Shown here one piece after another: positions 29,013-38,195 of a stretch of 42,875 bases of DNA. The stretch comes from Bdellovibrionales bacterium (lineage in GTDB: Bacteria > Bdellovibrionota > UBA1018 > CAIMNF01), in the NCBI GenBank assembly GCA_040380025.1, contig JBEIJY010000018.1:1-42875 (forward strand), read 5' to 3'. The position numbers and the translations under genes are program-made. The notes beneath the pieces were generated by a model, which searched no databases, was not told the DNA's origin, and was given only the letters and a program-made list of their open reading frames with translations. Every line of letters begins with the position of its first letter. The stretch's first letter is position 1.

Positions 29013-30025
29013 GATCCGAATCGAATCCCGTCACCATGCCCGAAGAGGAGCTTTTACAGCTTTTGGGGTCTTTTCAGCGCCGGAGAATCGCAGTGCTCGG
29101 TGATGTGGGGGTCGATCGCTATACCCAAGGATCCGTCGAACGCATTTCGCCCGAAGCGCCGGTTCCGATCGTGTTCGTCCAGAGCGAAACCCTGAAGCTC
29201 GGGCTTGCTTCGAATGTCGCGGATAACATCGCGGCTCTCGGAGGAAAAGCCGCCGTCACCGGAGTCATCGGACGCGATTCTTGCGCGGAGGATCTGCGCC
29301 GCTTGTTCGACGAGCACGGAATTCCCACCACGGGTCTCGTGGTGGATGGCTCAAGACGCACGATCATGAAGGAGCGCATTGTGGCCGAAACCCAGCAGGT
29401 GCTCCGTGTGGACTATGAGAGCGTGCATCCGCTCTCGCCCGGAATCCAAAAGCGCGTCGATGCCTCCATCCAAAAAGGAATCGCAAAAGCCGATGCGCTC
29501 ATCATCGAGGATTATGCGAAAGGTCTCCTGACCCGCTCCATGATCCGGTCCGCGATCATGGCCGCGAGAAAAAAGAAGATCCCGATCCTGGTCGATCCCC
29601 ATCTGAAGACTCCGGTCGAATGGTACCGCGGGTCGACCCTTCTTACTCCGAACAAGAAAGAAGCCGAGGCTCTCGCCGGAACGCGGATCACCGATGCCAG
29701 ATCCCTTCGAAGCGCCGGGAAAATCATTCTTCGAAAAACCGCCTCGGAGTGCCTCATCATCACGCTCGGAAAGGACGGCATGGCGATCTTCAAAGAGGAG
29801 GATTCGAATCCGATTCTGATTCCGACGTTTGCGCGCGAGGTGTACGACGTGTCGGGCGCGGGAGACACGGTCATTTCGGTGCTGGCGCTCTCGCTCGCAT
29901 CGGGTGCCCGGATCGAAGAGGCGGCGTACGTCTCGAATCTTGCGGCCGGTGTCGAGGTCAGCAAGCGGGGAACCGCGACTGTCTCGCCTCAAGAGGTGAT
30001 TCAGGCCTACTTAAGTGCTCACTGA
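29009..30025 (+). CDS. rfaE1: D-glycero-beta-D-manno-heptose-7-phosphate kinase (stand-alone HldE kinase domain)
   Basis: RISPEAPVP, DYAKG, TPNKKEA, VYDVSGAGDTV; no adenylyltransferase domain. Confidence 0.92.
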   Translation: MRSESNPVTMPEEELLQLLGSFQRRRIAVLGDVGVDRYTQGSVERISPEAPVPIVFVQSETLKLGLASNVADNIAALGGKAAVTGVIGRDSCAEDLRRLFDEHGIPTTGLVVDGSRRTIMKERIVAETQQVLRVDYESVHPLSPGIQKRVDASIQKGIAKADALIIEDYAKGLLTRSMIRSAIMAARKKKIPILVDPHLKTPVEWYRGSTLLTPNKKEAEALAGTRITDARSLRSAGKIILRKTASECLIITLGKDGMAIFKEEDSNPILIPTFAREVYDVSGAGDTVISVLALSLASGARIEEAAYVSNLAAGVEVSKRGTATVSPQEVIQAYLSAH

Positions 30026-31243
30026 CGGGCCGGGAACCCCTTCCCGGCGGATCCACAAAGCTCCAAGAAGGAGCACTGTGCAGGCACCGATATAAAACGG
30101 GAATTCCATTCCATGGTGGAACGCCATGATTCCGCAAAAGGGACCGAGGATCCGGGCAAGACTGCCCATGCCCTCTTTCAGGCCGATCACCGCTCCCTGC
30201 TCCCCGGCATTCGCCCGCTTTGAAACCAAAGCGGCCAGGGTCGGATTGATGAGTCCGCTTCCGAGCGCAAGGGGAATCGCGCTTGCAAAGAACAGTTCGT
30301 ATGAGGGGGTATGGGCGAACAAGACCATCGACACGCCTTGAATGAAGAACCCCGTGATCGCGAGCCGGACTTCGCCGTATTTCGGCACCCACTTGCGAAT
30401 GAATCCTCCCTGAATCACCGCGCCGAGCACACCGGACCACATCAGCACCATCCCGGTGCGGTAGGCGGCATCGGTGGTGGCAAGATCAAAGCGGGTCTGG
30501 ATCAGGAGCGAGAACACCTGCTCCAGATTCGAGAAGGCGAAGGTGGCGAAAAATGTCGAGATCACCGGCAGAAACAGCGGACGATCGCGGATCACGCGGC
30601 GAAGGGTGTGGAGTTGGGCGAGACGCGAGCGGGTTCCCGCTTGCGCTTGGTTTTGCTCGCGGATTCCGGCCGGAAGGCTTTCCTTCAAACGAAAAAACGC
30701 CAGAATCAGGTTCGCGCCGCAAAGCGTGCCCGCAATGAGCCCCGGCGCCGCCATCCCGAGCTTCGCGGTCGAAATCCCCCCGATCGGAGGCCCGAGCGTG
30801 AATCCGATCCCGAAGGCCGCACCGATCAGTCCCATCCCTTTCGCCCGATCGTTCGCGGTGGTCACATCGGCGATGTAGGCCTGGGCGGTCGAGATGTTCG
30901 CCGCGAAAATTCCGGCGAGCGCGCGCGAGAGAATGATGAGCGGGAGCGTGTCGGCCGCGGCGAACAAAAAATACGAGGCGGTGGAACCCAGAAGCGAGAG
31001 AAGAAGAATCGGACGTCGTCCGACGCGGTCTGAAAGAGAACCCCAGACGGGCGAAAAAAAGAACTGCATCAAAGAATACACCGAGCCCAGGACCGCGAGC
31101 TCGAGGCCCGATGCGCCGAAGTGGCGGCCGTAAATGCCCACCAGGGGAATGATCATTCCGAACCCGACCAGATCAAGGAAAACAGTTGTGAAGATCACCA
31201 AGAGCGGCGACTTGCCGGCGGGTTGCGGTGCGGATGCGTTCAT
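30011..31243 (-). CDS. MFS drug:H+ antiporter (TetA-like)
   Basis: FLDLVGFGMIIP, GSLSDRVGRRP, AYIADVT, GAAFGIGFTLGP. Confidence 0.9.
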   Translation of the reverse strand: MNASAPQPAGKSPLLVIFTTVFLDLVGFGMIIPLVGIYGRHFGASGLELAVLGSVYSLMQFFFSPVWGSLSDRVGRRPILLLSLLGSTASYFLFAAADTLPLIILSRALAGIFAANISTAQAYIADVTTANDRAKGMGLIGAAFGIGFTLGPPIGGISTAKLGMAAPGLIAGTLCGANLILAFFRLKESLPAGIREQNQAQAGTRSRLAQLHTLRRVIRDRPLFLPVISTFFATFAFSNLEQVFSLLIQTRFDLATTDAAYRTGMVLMWSGVLGAVIQGGFIRKWVPKYGEVRLAITGFFIQGVSMVLFAHTPSYELFFASAIPLALGSGLINPTLAALVSKRANAGEQGAVIGLKEGMGSLARILGPFCGIMAFHHGMEFPFYIGACTVLLLGALWIRREGVPGPSVST

Positions 31244-31301
31244 GCCCCCCGTCTTAACAAACATGAGGAAACCTCTCAAACTCAATGTTACCCTTCCGGG
31301 A

Positions 31302-32312
31302 ATGGCCGATTTGAGTTGGGGCAGTGGTCCCACGCAGTATTTTTTCGAACTGACTCCCGACCGTGTGATGGACGCACTCGAGCAGAATCCCATTCTGGGC
31401 GAGCTCGGCCGGTGCACCGGGTACTGTCAGCCGCTGGCAAGCTTCGAGAACCGCGTTTACGAGGTCGAGTTCGAGGATCGCATCCGCAAGGTCGTGAAGT
31501 TTTATCGTCCGGGTCGCTGGAGCGAGGGGCAGATCCGCGAAGAACACGAGTTCATGCTCGAAATCCGCGAAGCCGAGATTCCCGTCGTCGTGCCGGACTG
31601 GTTCGAGCGCGAAGGGGACACGCTTCGCAAAACCGATTCGGGGCTGTTTTACTGTGTTTATCCCAAGACCGGAGGCCGTCAGCCCGAGGATCTTCCCCCC
31701 GAGCGTCTCGAACAACTCGGTCGACTCATTGCCCGCATGCACGGGGTGGGAAAACGCCGCGAGGCGAAGGCCCGGATCCGGCTCACTCCCGAAACCTACG
31801 GGCGCGCATCGCTCGCGTTCTTGATGAAGGGGGGATTTGTGAATTCCGCCGTCGAGTCGCGATTCGAATCGGTGGTCGAGTCGATTCTTGGTGCGGCGGA
31901 CGGAAAATTCGCAGGACAGTCCTTGCAACGGATCCACGGCGATTGTCACGCCGGGAACATTCTCTGGAACGAAAAAACCGGTCCCGCATTCATCGATTTC
32001 GACGACATGGTCGTGGGACCTCCCGTGCAGGATCTCTGGCTTCTTGCTCCCGATCCTGAATCGCTCGTTCATCTGGTGGAGGGCTATCACCACATGAACG
32101 ATCTGCCTGCGGGGAGTCTCGGGCTCGTGGAGGTTCTTCGAGCGCTCCGGATGATCCATTACGCGACCTGGATCGCAAAGCGCTATGAAGATCCAGCCTT
32201 CCAACGGGCGTTTCCGCATTTCGAGTCGCCCCGGTACTGGGATGAACTCACCGTCGATCTTGAACGTCAAAGAGAAAGAGTGGAATCCCATGGCCGAAAT
32301 CCGGGAATTTAA
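31302..32312 (+). CDS. srkA: Stress response Ser/Thr kinase SrkA/RdoA
   Basis: SFENRVY, KFYRPGRWS, EEHEF, HGDCHAGN, DFDD, QDLW, DPAFQRAFP. Confidence 0.92.
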   Translation: MADLSWGSGPTQYFFELTPDRVMDALEQNPILGELGRCTGYCQPLASFENRVYEVEFEDRIRKVVKFYRPGRWSEGQIREEHEFMLEIREAEIPVVVPDWFEREGDTLRKTDSGLFYCVYPKTGGRQPEDLPPERLEQLGRLIARMHGVGKRREAKARIRLTPETYGRASLAFLMKGGFVNSAVESRFESVVESILGAADGKFAGQSLQRIHGDCHAGNILWNEKTGPAFIDFDDMVVGPPVQDLWLLAPDPESLVHLVEGYHHMNDLPAGSLGLVEVLRALRMIHYATWIAKRYEDPAFQRAFPHFESPRYWDELTVDLERQRERVESHGRNPGI

Positions 32313-33423
32313 AGAGCAGTTCCGGAACCGCGAGGGAATTCACTTCAACAGCGCCGGACAATCTCCGATCTCGATCCCCGCTTCACTCCGGGCTCGCGAG
32401 GTGGTGGCGCTTCAGGAGCGTCAGGGCTCGCTCGCCGATTCCGAACTGCTTCGTGGTGCGGACCGAACCCGTTCCAATCTTGCGAAATTTCTGGATGCGC
32501 CGAAGGAACTCACGGTCTTCGCGCCGAACGTGGCCAGTGCGATCTCGACTGCGGCCCTCGGATTTCCGCTCCGCGAGAGCGACGAGGTGGTCGTGATCGA
32601 TCAAGAATATGCAAGCTCGTTTTACCCGTGGAAGGTCGCGTGTGATCGGAGCGGAGCCCGTTTGCGGGTATTCCGCTCAGGTCCGGATTGCTCGATCGAT
32701 CTCGAGCGCCTGATCGGGTTCATCCGATCGCCCGTCCGGATCGTGGCCGTGTCGTGGGTGCAGTTCCAGACCGGCGCGATTCTCGATCTGGAGCGTCTGG
32801 GAAATCACTGTCGCTCGATCGGAGCGTTTCTTGTGGTCGATGGCATCCAGGGGTTGGGGCAAATACCGTTCTCGTTCCGCTCTCTTCCCGTGGATTTCGT
32901 CGCCGGCGCGGCCCACAAGTGGCTGTGCTCGCTTCTCGGTCAGGGATTCTTCGCAGGTACGAAGGAGTTTCTCGGGCTGTTGTCTCCCGTGGCAGTCGGG
33001 GCCGGAACCTTCGGCCGTTGGGGGACGTTCGCGCTTCCGGATCAGCCGATGGAGCCGGTGCCGGGGCGGTTCGAGCCGGGCGGGGTTGCATTCGCGCCTC
33101 TATTCGCGCTCGATTCGGCGGTGGAGTTGATCCGGGAAACCGGAACGGAGCGAATCGAGGCCGAGATCTCACGCTTGTCCCGCACTCTCCGGTCGGGGCT
33201 CCAAGAGCTCGGAGTGGAGCTCGTGACCCCCGAAACCCAGCGGGGAGGGATCACGAGTGTGCGGTTTTCTCCCGCGGTGGAAGCGCGGTTTCTGGAGGTT
33301 TGTCGCAACGAAAAGATCGCGCTGGTGAAGCGGGGGGAGTCCGTGCGCTTCTCGCTTCATGCGTTTTGCACGGATCAAGAAGTGGCGCAGGTTCTGGATT
33401 TGGTGAAAGGTGTGATCTCATGA
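32290..33423 (+). CDS. PLP-dependent aminotransferase class V / C-S lyase-like
   Basis: HFNSAG, SWVQFQTG, VDGIQ, AHKWL, RFEPG. Confidence 0.88.
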   Translation: MAEIREFKEQFRNREGIHFNSAGQSPISIPASLRAREVVALQERQGSLADSELLRGADRTRSNLAKFLDAPKELTVFAPNVASAISTAALGFPLRESDEVVVIDQEYASSFYPWKVACDRSGARLRVFRSGPDCSIDLERLIGFIRSPVRIVAVSWVQFQTGAILDLERLGNHCRSIGAFLVVDGIQGLGQIPFSFRSLPVDFVAGAAHKWLCSLLGQGFFAGTKEFLGLLSPVAVGAGTFGRWGTFALPDQPMEPVPGRFEPGGVAFAPLFALDSAVELIRETGTERIEAEISRLSRTLRSGLQELGVELVTPETQRGGITSVRFSPAVEARFLEVCRNEKIALVKRGESVRFSLHAFCTDQEVAQVLDLVKGVIS

Positions 33424-33722
33424 TTCACGAAAAAAACAGTTATGATCTTCATCTGTTCGTCTGCACGAACGAAAAGAAAAACGGCGGCGGATGCGGACCG
33501 AAGGGTGCCGAAGCGCTCGTCGATACCCTGAAGGCCTGGACAAAGGCGCAGGGGTTTCCATCTAAAATCCGTGTGAACCGCTCCGGGTGTCTCGGCAAAT
33601 GCGAATCGGGGATCGCCTGCGTCGCCTATCCCGAGGCCGAGTGGGCGCTCCAGGTGAGCCCGGCCGATCTTCCCGCAATCGAAGAGTGGATTCATTCCCT
33701 GAACGGACGGATCCGAGAATAA
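33420..33722 (+). CDS. Thioredoxin-like [2Fe-2S] ferredoxin
   Basis: HLFVCTN...C...RVNRSGCLGKC...YPE; ATGA overlap with the upstream gene. Confidence 0.88.
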   Translation: MIHEKNSYDLHLFVCTNEKKNGGGCGPKGAEALVDTLKAWTKAQGFPSKIRVNRSGCLGKCESGIACVAYPEAEWALQVSPADLPAIEEWIHSLNGRIRE

Positions 33723-33805
33723 CCGGATTCCGGTTTGATTCGAGATGAATCCGCCCGCGCACTGTGCTATTCGATGGGGGCAATTGAGTTCGGGGAGGAA
33801 CTGCA

Positions 33806-34759
33806 ATGAACATATTCGTCGGGGTGGCGCGGATCGCGCTGATGGTTTCGTTTTTTTCGCTTTCGTCCGCTCGTGCGGACAACCTGATTTCAGAACAGCA
33901 ACAAGAAGAGGCAGTCCTGCGCCTGGAAGAGGCACTCGGCGACGAGGCGTCGCTCTCGCGGATCGCCGGAGCGATCGATGCGATCGAAGAAACGGCGACC
34001 TCAGAAGAAAAGATCGTCTTGCAATCGATGCGGGAAGTGGTCCGGGAGTTCCGGAGCGGGATGGTTCCTCCGGGAAAAACCAAAAGGAAGCCGAAAGCGG
34101 GCGAGTTTTTTGCCAAACTCGGGATCGGCATCCACCGGTTGACCGCAAAAATGGTGGCGCCTTTTTACCGGGCCACCGGGTATCTGACCGGCCGGTACGA
34201 AAAAAACAACGAGTATGACGGAGAAGACTCCGATCGCCCCACGAATTATCTTGCCCGGCTCGCATATCAGTTCCGCTTGATGGAGAACAACGCGGTTGCG
34301 GCCTTGCTCGAGCGACTGCAAGAGGGGGAGCATCTGACCGCTCCGGAGGTCAATCTCATCATCGCGGCGATTCCCCGTCTCGGCATGCGCGAATGGGAAC
34401 CGATCGCGGGGGTCGCGGGGTTCCATGTGAGCTCGGTTGCGGTCACGGCGGTCGTATCGAATGTGCTGGGATTCGCGGGGCTTGCGGGGCTTCCTTGGAT
34501 GGTGTTCCATGGGTATTTCATCGGGGTGTTCGCGGCGACGGTTCCGTGCGGGTTCCCGAGAGCGCAAGAGAAGCATCCCGCGCTCCAGAAATACTGCGAG
34601 GACATCATGGCGGCATACGAGATGACCATCTTCCCCGCCCGGATCAAGGGGTATGTCAAAGGGGTGAATGCCCGCAATCGTGCCCGTGAGCGCGCCCGCG
34701 AACGTGCTCGCGAAGAACGGGAAAAACGCGAGCAGCGACAGGCGATCCGTCAGGAATAG
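33806..34759 (+). CDS. Hypothetical exported protein with hydrophobic hairpin and charged tail
   Basis: GGAGG RBS, signal peptide ending SARA, Gly/Ala-rich hydrophobic stretch, RARE-repeat tail. Confidence 0.7.
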   Translation: MNIFVGVARIALMVSFFSLSSARADNLISEQQQEEAVLRLEEALGDEASLSRIAGAIDAIEETATSEEKIVLQSMREVVREFRSGMVPPGKTKRKPKAGEFFAKLGIGIHRLTAKMVAPFYRATGYLTGRYEKNNEYDGEDSDRPTNYLARLAYQFRLMENNAVAALLERLQEGEHLTAPEVNLIIAAIPRLGMREWEPIAGVAGFHVSSVAVTAVVSNVLGFAGLAGLPWMVFHGYFIGVFAATVPCGFPRAQEKHPALQKYCEDIMAAYEMTIFPARIKGYVKGVNARNRARERARERAREEREKREQRQAIRQE

Positions 34760-34803
34760 TTTTGGGTTGATTCGGAGGCTTGCCGGACGCTAAGCTCCGG
34801 AAT

Positions 34804-36078
34804 ATGCTTGATCTCCGTACCATCCGCGAAAATTCCGAATCCGTCCGGACTGCGATCCGCAACAAGCGCGTGGCGCTCGATCTTGACGAGCTTTTGTCCC
34901 TCGATCGCGAGGTTCTGGAGCTGAAGAAAAAACTCCAGGCACTTCAGGAAGAGAAGAATTCGAACGCAAAGAAAATGCCGAAGGCATCTCCCGAAGAACG
35001 ACCGGGACTGATCGAACGCGGGCGCGCGATCGGACAGGAAATCAATTTGCTCGAGCCGGTTCTCGGGCAGAAAGAAGAGGGGCTGAAGAACCTGCTTTGG
35101 CTCACCCCCATGATTCCGGCGGCCGATGTTCCCGTCGGCCCCGATGATTCCGGCAACGTCGAGCGAAAGACCGGGGGGACGATCCCGGATTTCGGGTTCT
35201 CCGCCAAGGATCATGTCGAGCTCGCGCTTCAAAACCAATGGGCCGAGTTCGAGCGGATGGCTCGTGTTTCGGGATCGCGGATGATCGCCCTGAAGAACGA
35301 GCTCGCGCTCTATGAGTTCGCGGTGATCCGGTTCGCGCTCGATCTCCTCGCCAAAAAAGGGTCCCAGATCATCACCGTCCCCGCGATGGTGCGCGAGGCG
35401 GCTCTTTTCGGAACCGGGCATTTTCCGACCGGTCGCGAGCAGGTGTATTTTCTGAAAGAAGATGATTTGTATCTCTCGGGCACGGCCGAGGTCCCCGTGA
35501 CTTCGATCTTCAGCGGCGAAATCCTCGCCGAGAGCGAAATCCCGAAGCGTATCGGGGCATTCTCCCCGTGTTTCCGTCGCGAGGCGGGGAGTGCCGGCAA
35601 GGATGTCCGCGGCCTCATGCGCGTGCATCAGTTCAACAAGGTCGAGCAGTTCGTGTTTTGCCGGAACGACCCCGAGGAGTCCGAGCACTGGCACCGGGAG
35701 CTTCTTGCCACCTCCGAAGAGATCGTGCAGGCACTTGAACTTCCGTATCGGGTGATCGAGGTATGCACCGGCGACATGGGTGCCGGAAAATACCGGATGC
35801 ACGATCTGGAATGCTGGGTCCCCTCCGAAAAGCGCTACCGGGAGACGCATTCCTGCTCGAGTCTTCACGACTGGCAGGCGCGGCGGGCGAACCTCCGCTA
35901 TCGGGGGCGGGATGATCAGGTCCGTTTCATTCATACTCTGAACAACACGGCCGTCGCGACACCGCGGATCTTGATTCCGCTCATCGAGAATCACCAGCTT
36001 CCGAACGGCGCGGTCCGGATCCCGAAGGCCCTCCAGCCGTACATGGGCGGGCTCGACCGCATCGGCGGGAGTGCGTAA
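34804..36078 (+). CDS. serS: Seryl-tRNA synthetase
   Basis: MLDL start, GTAEVP, CFRREAG, GLMRVHQFNKVEQ, ETHSCS, HTLNNT. Confidence 0.97.
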   Translation: MLDLRTIRENSESVRTAIRNKRVALDLDELLSLDREVLELKKKLQALQEEKNSNAKKMPKASPEERPGLIERGRAIGQEINLLEPVLGQKEEGLKNLLWLTPMIPAADVPVGPDDSGNVERKTGGTIPDFGFSAKDHVELALQNQWAEFERMARVSGSRMIALKNELALYEFAVIRFALDLLAKKGSQIITVPAMVREAALFGTGHFPTGREQVYFLKEDDLYLSGTAEVPVTSIFSGEILAESEIPKRIGAFSPCFRREAGSAGKDVRGLMRVHQFNKVEQFVFCRNDPEESEHWHRELLATSEEIVQALELPYRVIEVCTGDMGAGKYRMHDLECWVPSEKRYRETHSCSSLHDWQARRANLRYRGRDDQVRFIHTLNNTAVATPRILIPLIENHQLPNGAVRIPKALQPYMGGLDRIGGSA

Positions 36079-36081
36079 CCG

Positions 36082-36771
36082 GTGGATTTTTTCGATGTCG
36101 TCCGGGCTCGGCGAAGCGTCCGAAAGTACACGTCCACGCCGGTTCCCGAATCGGTGATCCGGCAGGCCCTGGATGCGGCCTTGCTTGCCCCGAACTCCTC
36201 GAACATGCAAACCTGGGGGTTCTACTGGGTCCGCTCCCCCGAAAAAAAGCAAAAACTGGTCAAGGCCTGCCTCTCCCAGGGCGCCGCTCGCACTGCGGCC
36301 GAGTTGGTCGTGATCACGGCCGAGACCAAGCGCTGGAAGGAAAATCGGCGCGAGATGATCCGGGTTTTCCGGGAGGCAAAGGCGCCTTCCTTTGCGATCG
36401 ATTATTATCAAAAACTCATTCCGGTTTTTTACGGGTTTTCTTTTCTTGCTCCGCTGAAGTGGCTCATTTTCAACTGCGTCGGCTTGTTCCGTCCGATGAT
36501 GCGCCATCCTTGGAAGCCGGGCGATGTCGAAGTGGTGTCGATCAAGTCCGCGGCGCTCGCCGCCGAGAACTTCATGCTCGCCGTCTCCGCGCAGGGCTTC
36601 GGATCCTGTCCGATGGAGGGCTTCGATGAATCGCGCGTCCGGCGGATTCTCGGACTTTCCTGTTCCGATCGCGTTGTGATGGTGATCTCCGTGGGGGAGC
36701 CCGATTCCGAACGCGGGATCTGGGGGCCACAAGTCCGCTTCGCGAAGGATCGCTTTGTCCGCGAGATTTGA
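36082..36771 (+). CDS. Nitroreductase family protein
   Basis: RRSVRKY, APNSSNMQTW, SCPMEGFD. Confidence 0.92.
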   Translation: MDFFDVVRARRSVRKYTSTPVPESVIRQALDAALLAPNSSNMQTWGFYWVRSPEKKQKLVKACLSQGAARTAAELVVITAETKRWKENRREMIRVFREAKAPSFAIDYYQKLIPVFYGFSFLAPLKWLIFNCVGLFRPMMRHPWKPGDVEVVSIKSAALAAENFMLAVSAQGFGSCPMEGFDESRVRRILGLSCSDRVVMVISVGEPDSERGIWGPQVRFAKDRFVREI

Positions 36772-36858
36772 ATTTTCGCCGGTTTGATTCCCGTCAAGTA
36801 CCTGACTCTTGCAAGACTTCTCCTTCTCTCAAAAAATGGGAGGAGGGGAGGGGTGACC

Positions 36859-37080
36859 ATGACAGAGAACAGTCCGATCACAGGAGTGATCGATGAGTCG
36901 AATGTGATCATTGATTTCGGGAAATATGAGGGACGCACGGTAAAGGAGCTCGCGTATCTGGATCCGGTCCTCTACGCGGCCCTTGCGAGCGAAAAGAACG
37001 ACGGCTCCGTTTCGATCCGTCGCCATCGCGACAAAACTTTCCGGCTCTACCTGAATCCGCTTGCGCAGTTGGATCACTGA
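36859..37080 (+). CDS. Small protein with FGKY motif (DUF3820/ExoX-C-terminal-like)
   Basis: IDFGKYEGRTVKEL...DP; G/A-rich RBS upstream. Confidence 0.65.
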   Translation: MTENSPITGVIDESNVIIDFGKYEGRTVKELAYLDPVLYAALASEKNDGSVSIRRHRDKTFRLYLNPLAQLDH

Positions 37081-37097
37081 CCGATAAATTCCGGATC

Positions 37098-38195
37098 ATG
37101 TTGGACTCCTTCTTGCGCCACGTGACCCGGGACTCCTACGGTCCTGTTTCATTTCCGGATGCTTCTCCTTTTCCCGCCGTCGTTCATCGGTTCCAGGATT
37201 CGTACTCTCTTTTTGGTTGGACGAAGATGCCGGATCTGATCGCGGATCGGGGGCGGATCGATGCGGGGATCTTCACCTTCCTGAATCTCCGGTATCGATC
37301 ACCCGAAACCTGGAAAGCGTTTTTCCGTTCGCCGGATGCCCTCGCGTTCCGCAAGGCGGGCGCGGCGGCCGCTTCTGCCGGGAGCGTGAGCTCGGCATTG
37401 AATGAAGTCTCGGAGCGCCTTCCGATTCGCTCGAACTTCATCGGAGTGCTCGACGAGCGCAGTTTTCGCGATCTGGAAGCGTCCGTTCCGGTTTCTTCTT
37501 CCCTGCTTCTTTCCGAAGAGACCCTTCAAGCGGTTCGGATCGCTCTTCCGCCGGTTTTCCCGGTATGCGAATTCTTCGCCGAAGAAAAAGCCCCTGCCGG
37601 TCTCGTGCTGGGGCGGACGGTCCGAGATCATTCTGTTTGGCGGAATCAGGCCTTCCCGAAGCTTCTTCCGTTCGAGTTCTTGTGCCGGTTCGACGGGGAT
37701 TTTCCCGAGGTGGCGGTCATGCTTTCGCAGGACCCGCTCAAAACCGAGATCAGTGCCGCACAAGCGCTTTGGATCACAGGAATGCCGGCATCGGAATTCC
37801 AGGATCTTCTGCTCTCTGCCGCTTGGATCGCGGCCTGGACGAGGCATACTGTCCGTTCGGCTGCTTTGGATCTTGGCTGGGTTCGCCTTCGGTTCGCGCT
37901 CCTTCCGGGAGGGGCTCCGGTCCTCGTGGACGCATTCGCTCTCGAGGATCTCGGATTCCAGCGGCAAGGAGTGTCGATCCCGTTCGCGCCCGCGATCGAG
38001 TTCCTGCAAGGCTCCGCCTGGCATGAGGCTGTTTCGCGTGCGAAAGAACAGTCATTGCGCCAAGGTGCTCCGGACTGGAGGCGTTTGTGCACGGTGCCGG
38101 CTCCGGCGCTCGATTTCGCGGTGAAAGCCCGGGTCGAAGAAGACCTGCAAGGAATCGCCCGAAGCCTGTTGGGAAGCGAGAATCATGTTTTGTAG
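37098..38195 (+). CDS. Degenerate SAICAR synthetase (PurC)-like protein, catalytic motifs missing
   Basis: FQDSYSLFGWTKMPDLIADRG resembles the DRYSVFDWGxMPD.I..KG segment of long PurC; LLPFEFLCRF, LVD and W..A..RAK....G..DWR..C follow the same order. Confidence 0.7.
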   Translation: MLDSFLRHVTRDSYGPVSFPDASPFPAVVHRFQDSYSLFGWTKMPDLIADRGRIDAGIFTFLNLRYRSPETWKAFFRSPDALAFRKAGAAAASAGSVSSALNEVSERLPIRSNFIGVLDERSFRDLEASVPVSSSLLLSEETLQAVRIALPPVFPVCEFFAEEKAPAGLVLGRTVRDHSVWRNQAFPKLLPFEFLCRFDGDFPEVAVMLSQDPLKTEISAAQALWITGMPASEFQDLLLSAAWIAAWTRHTVRSAALDLGWVRLRFALLPGGAPVLVDAFALEDLGFQRQGVSIPFAPAIEFLQGSAWHEAVSRAKEQSLRQGAPDWRRLCTVPAPALDFAVKARVEEDLQGIARSLLGSENHVL

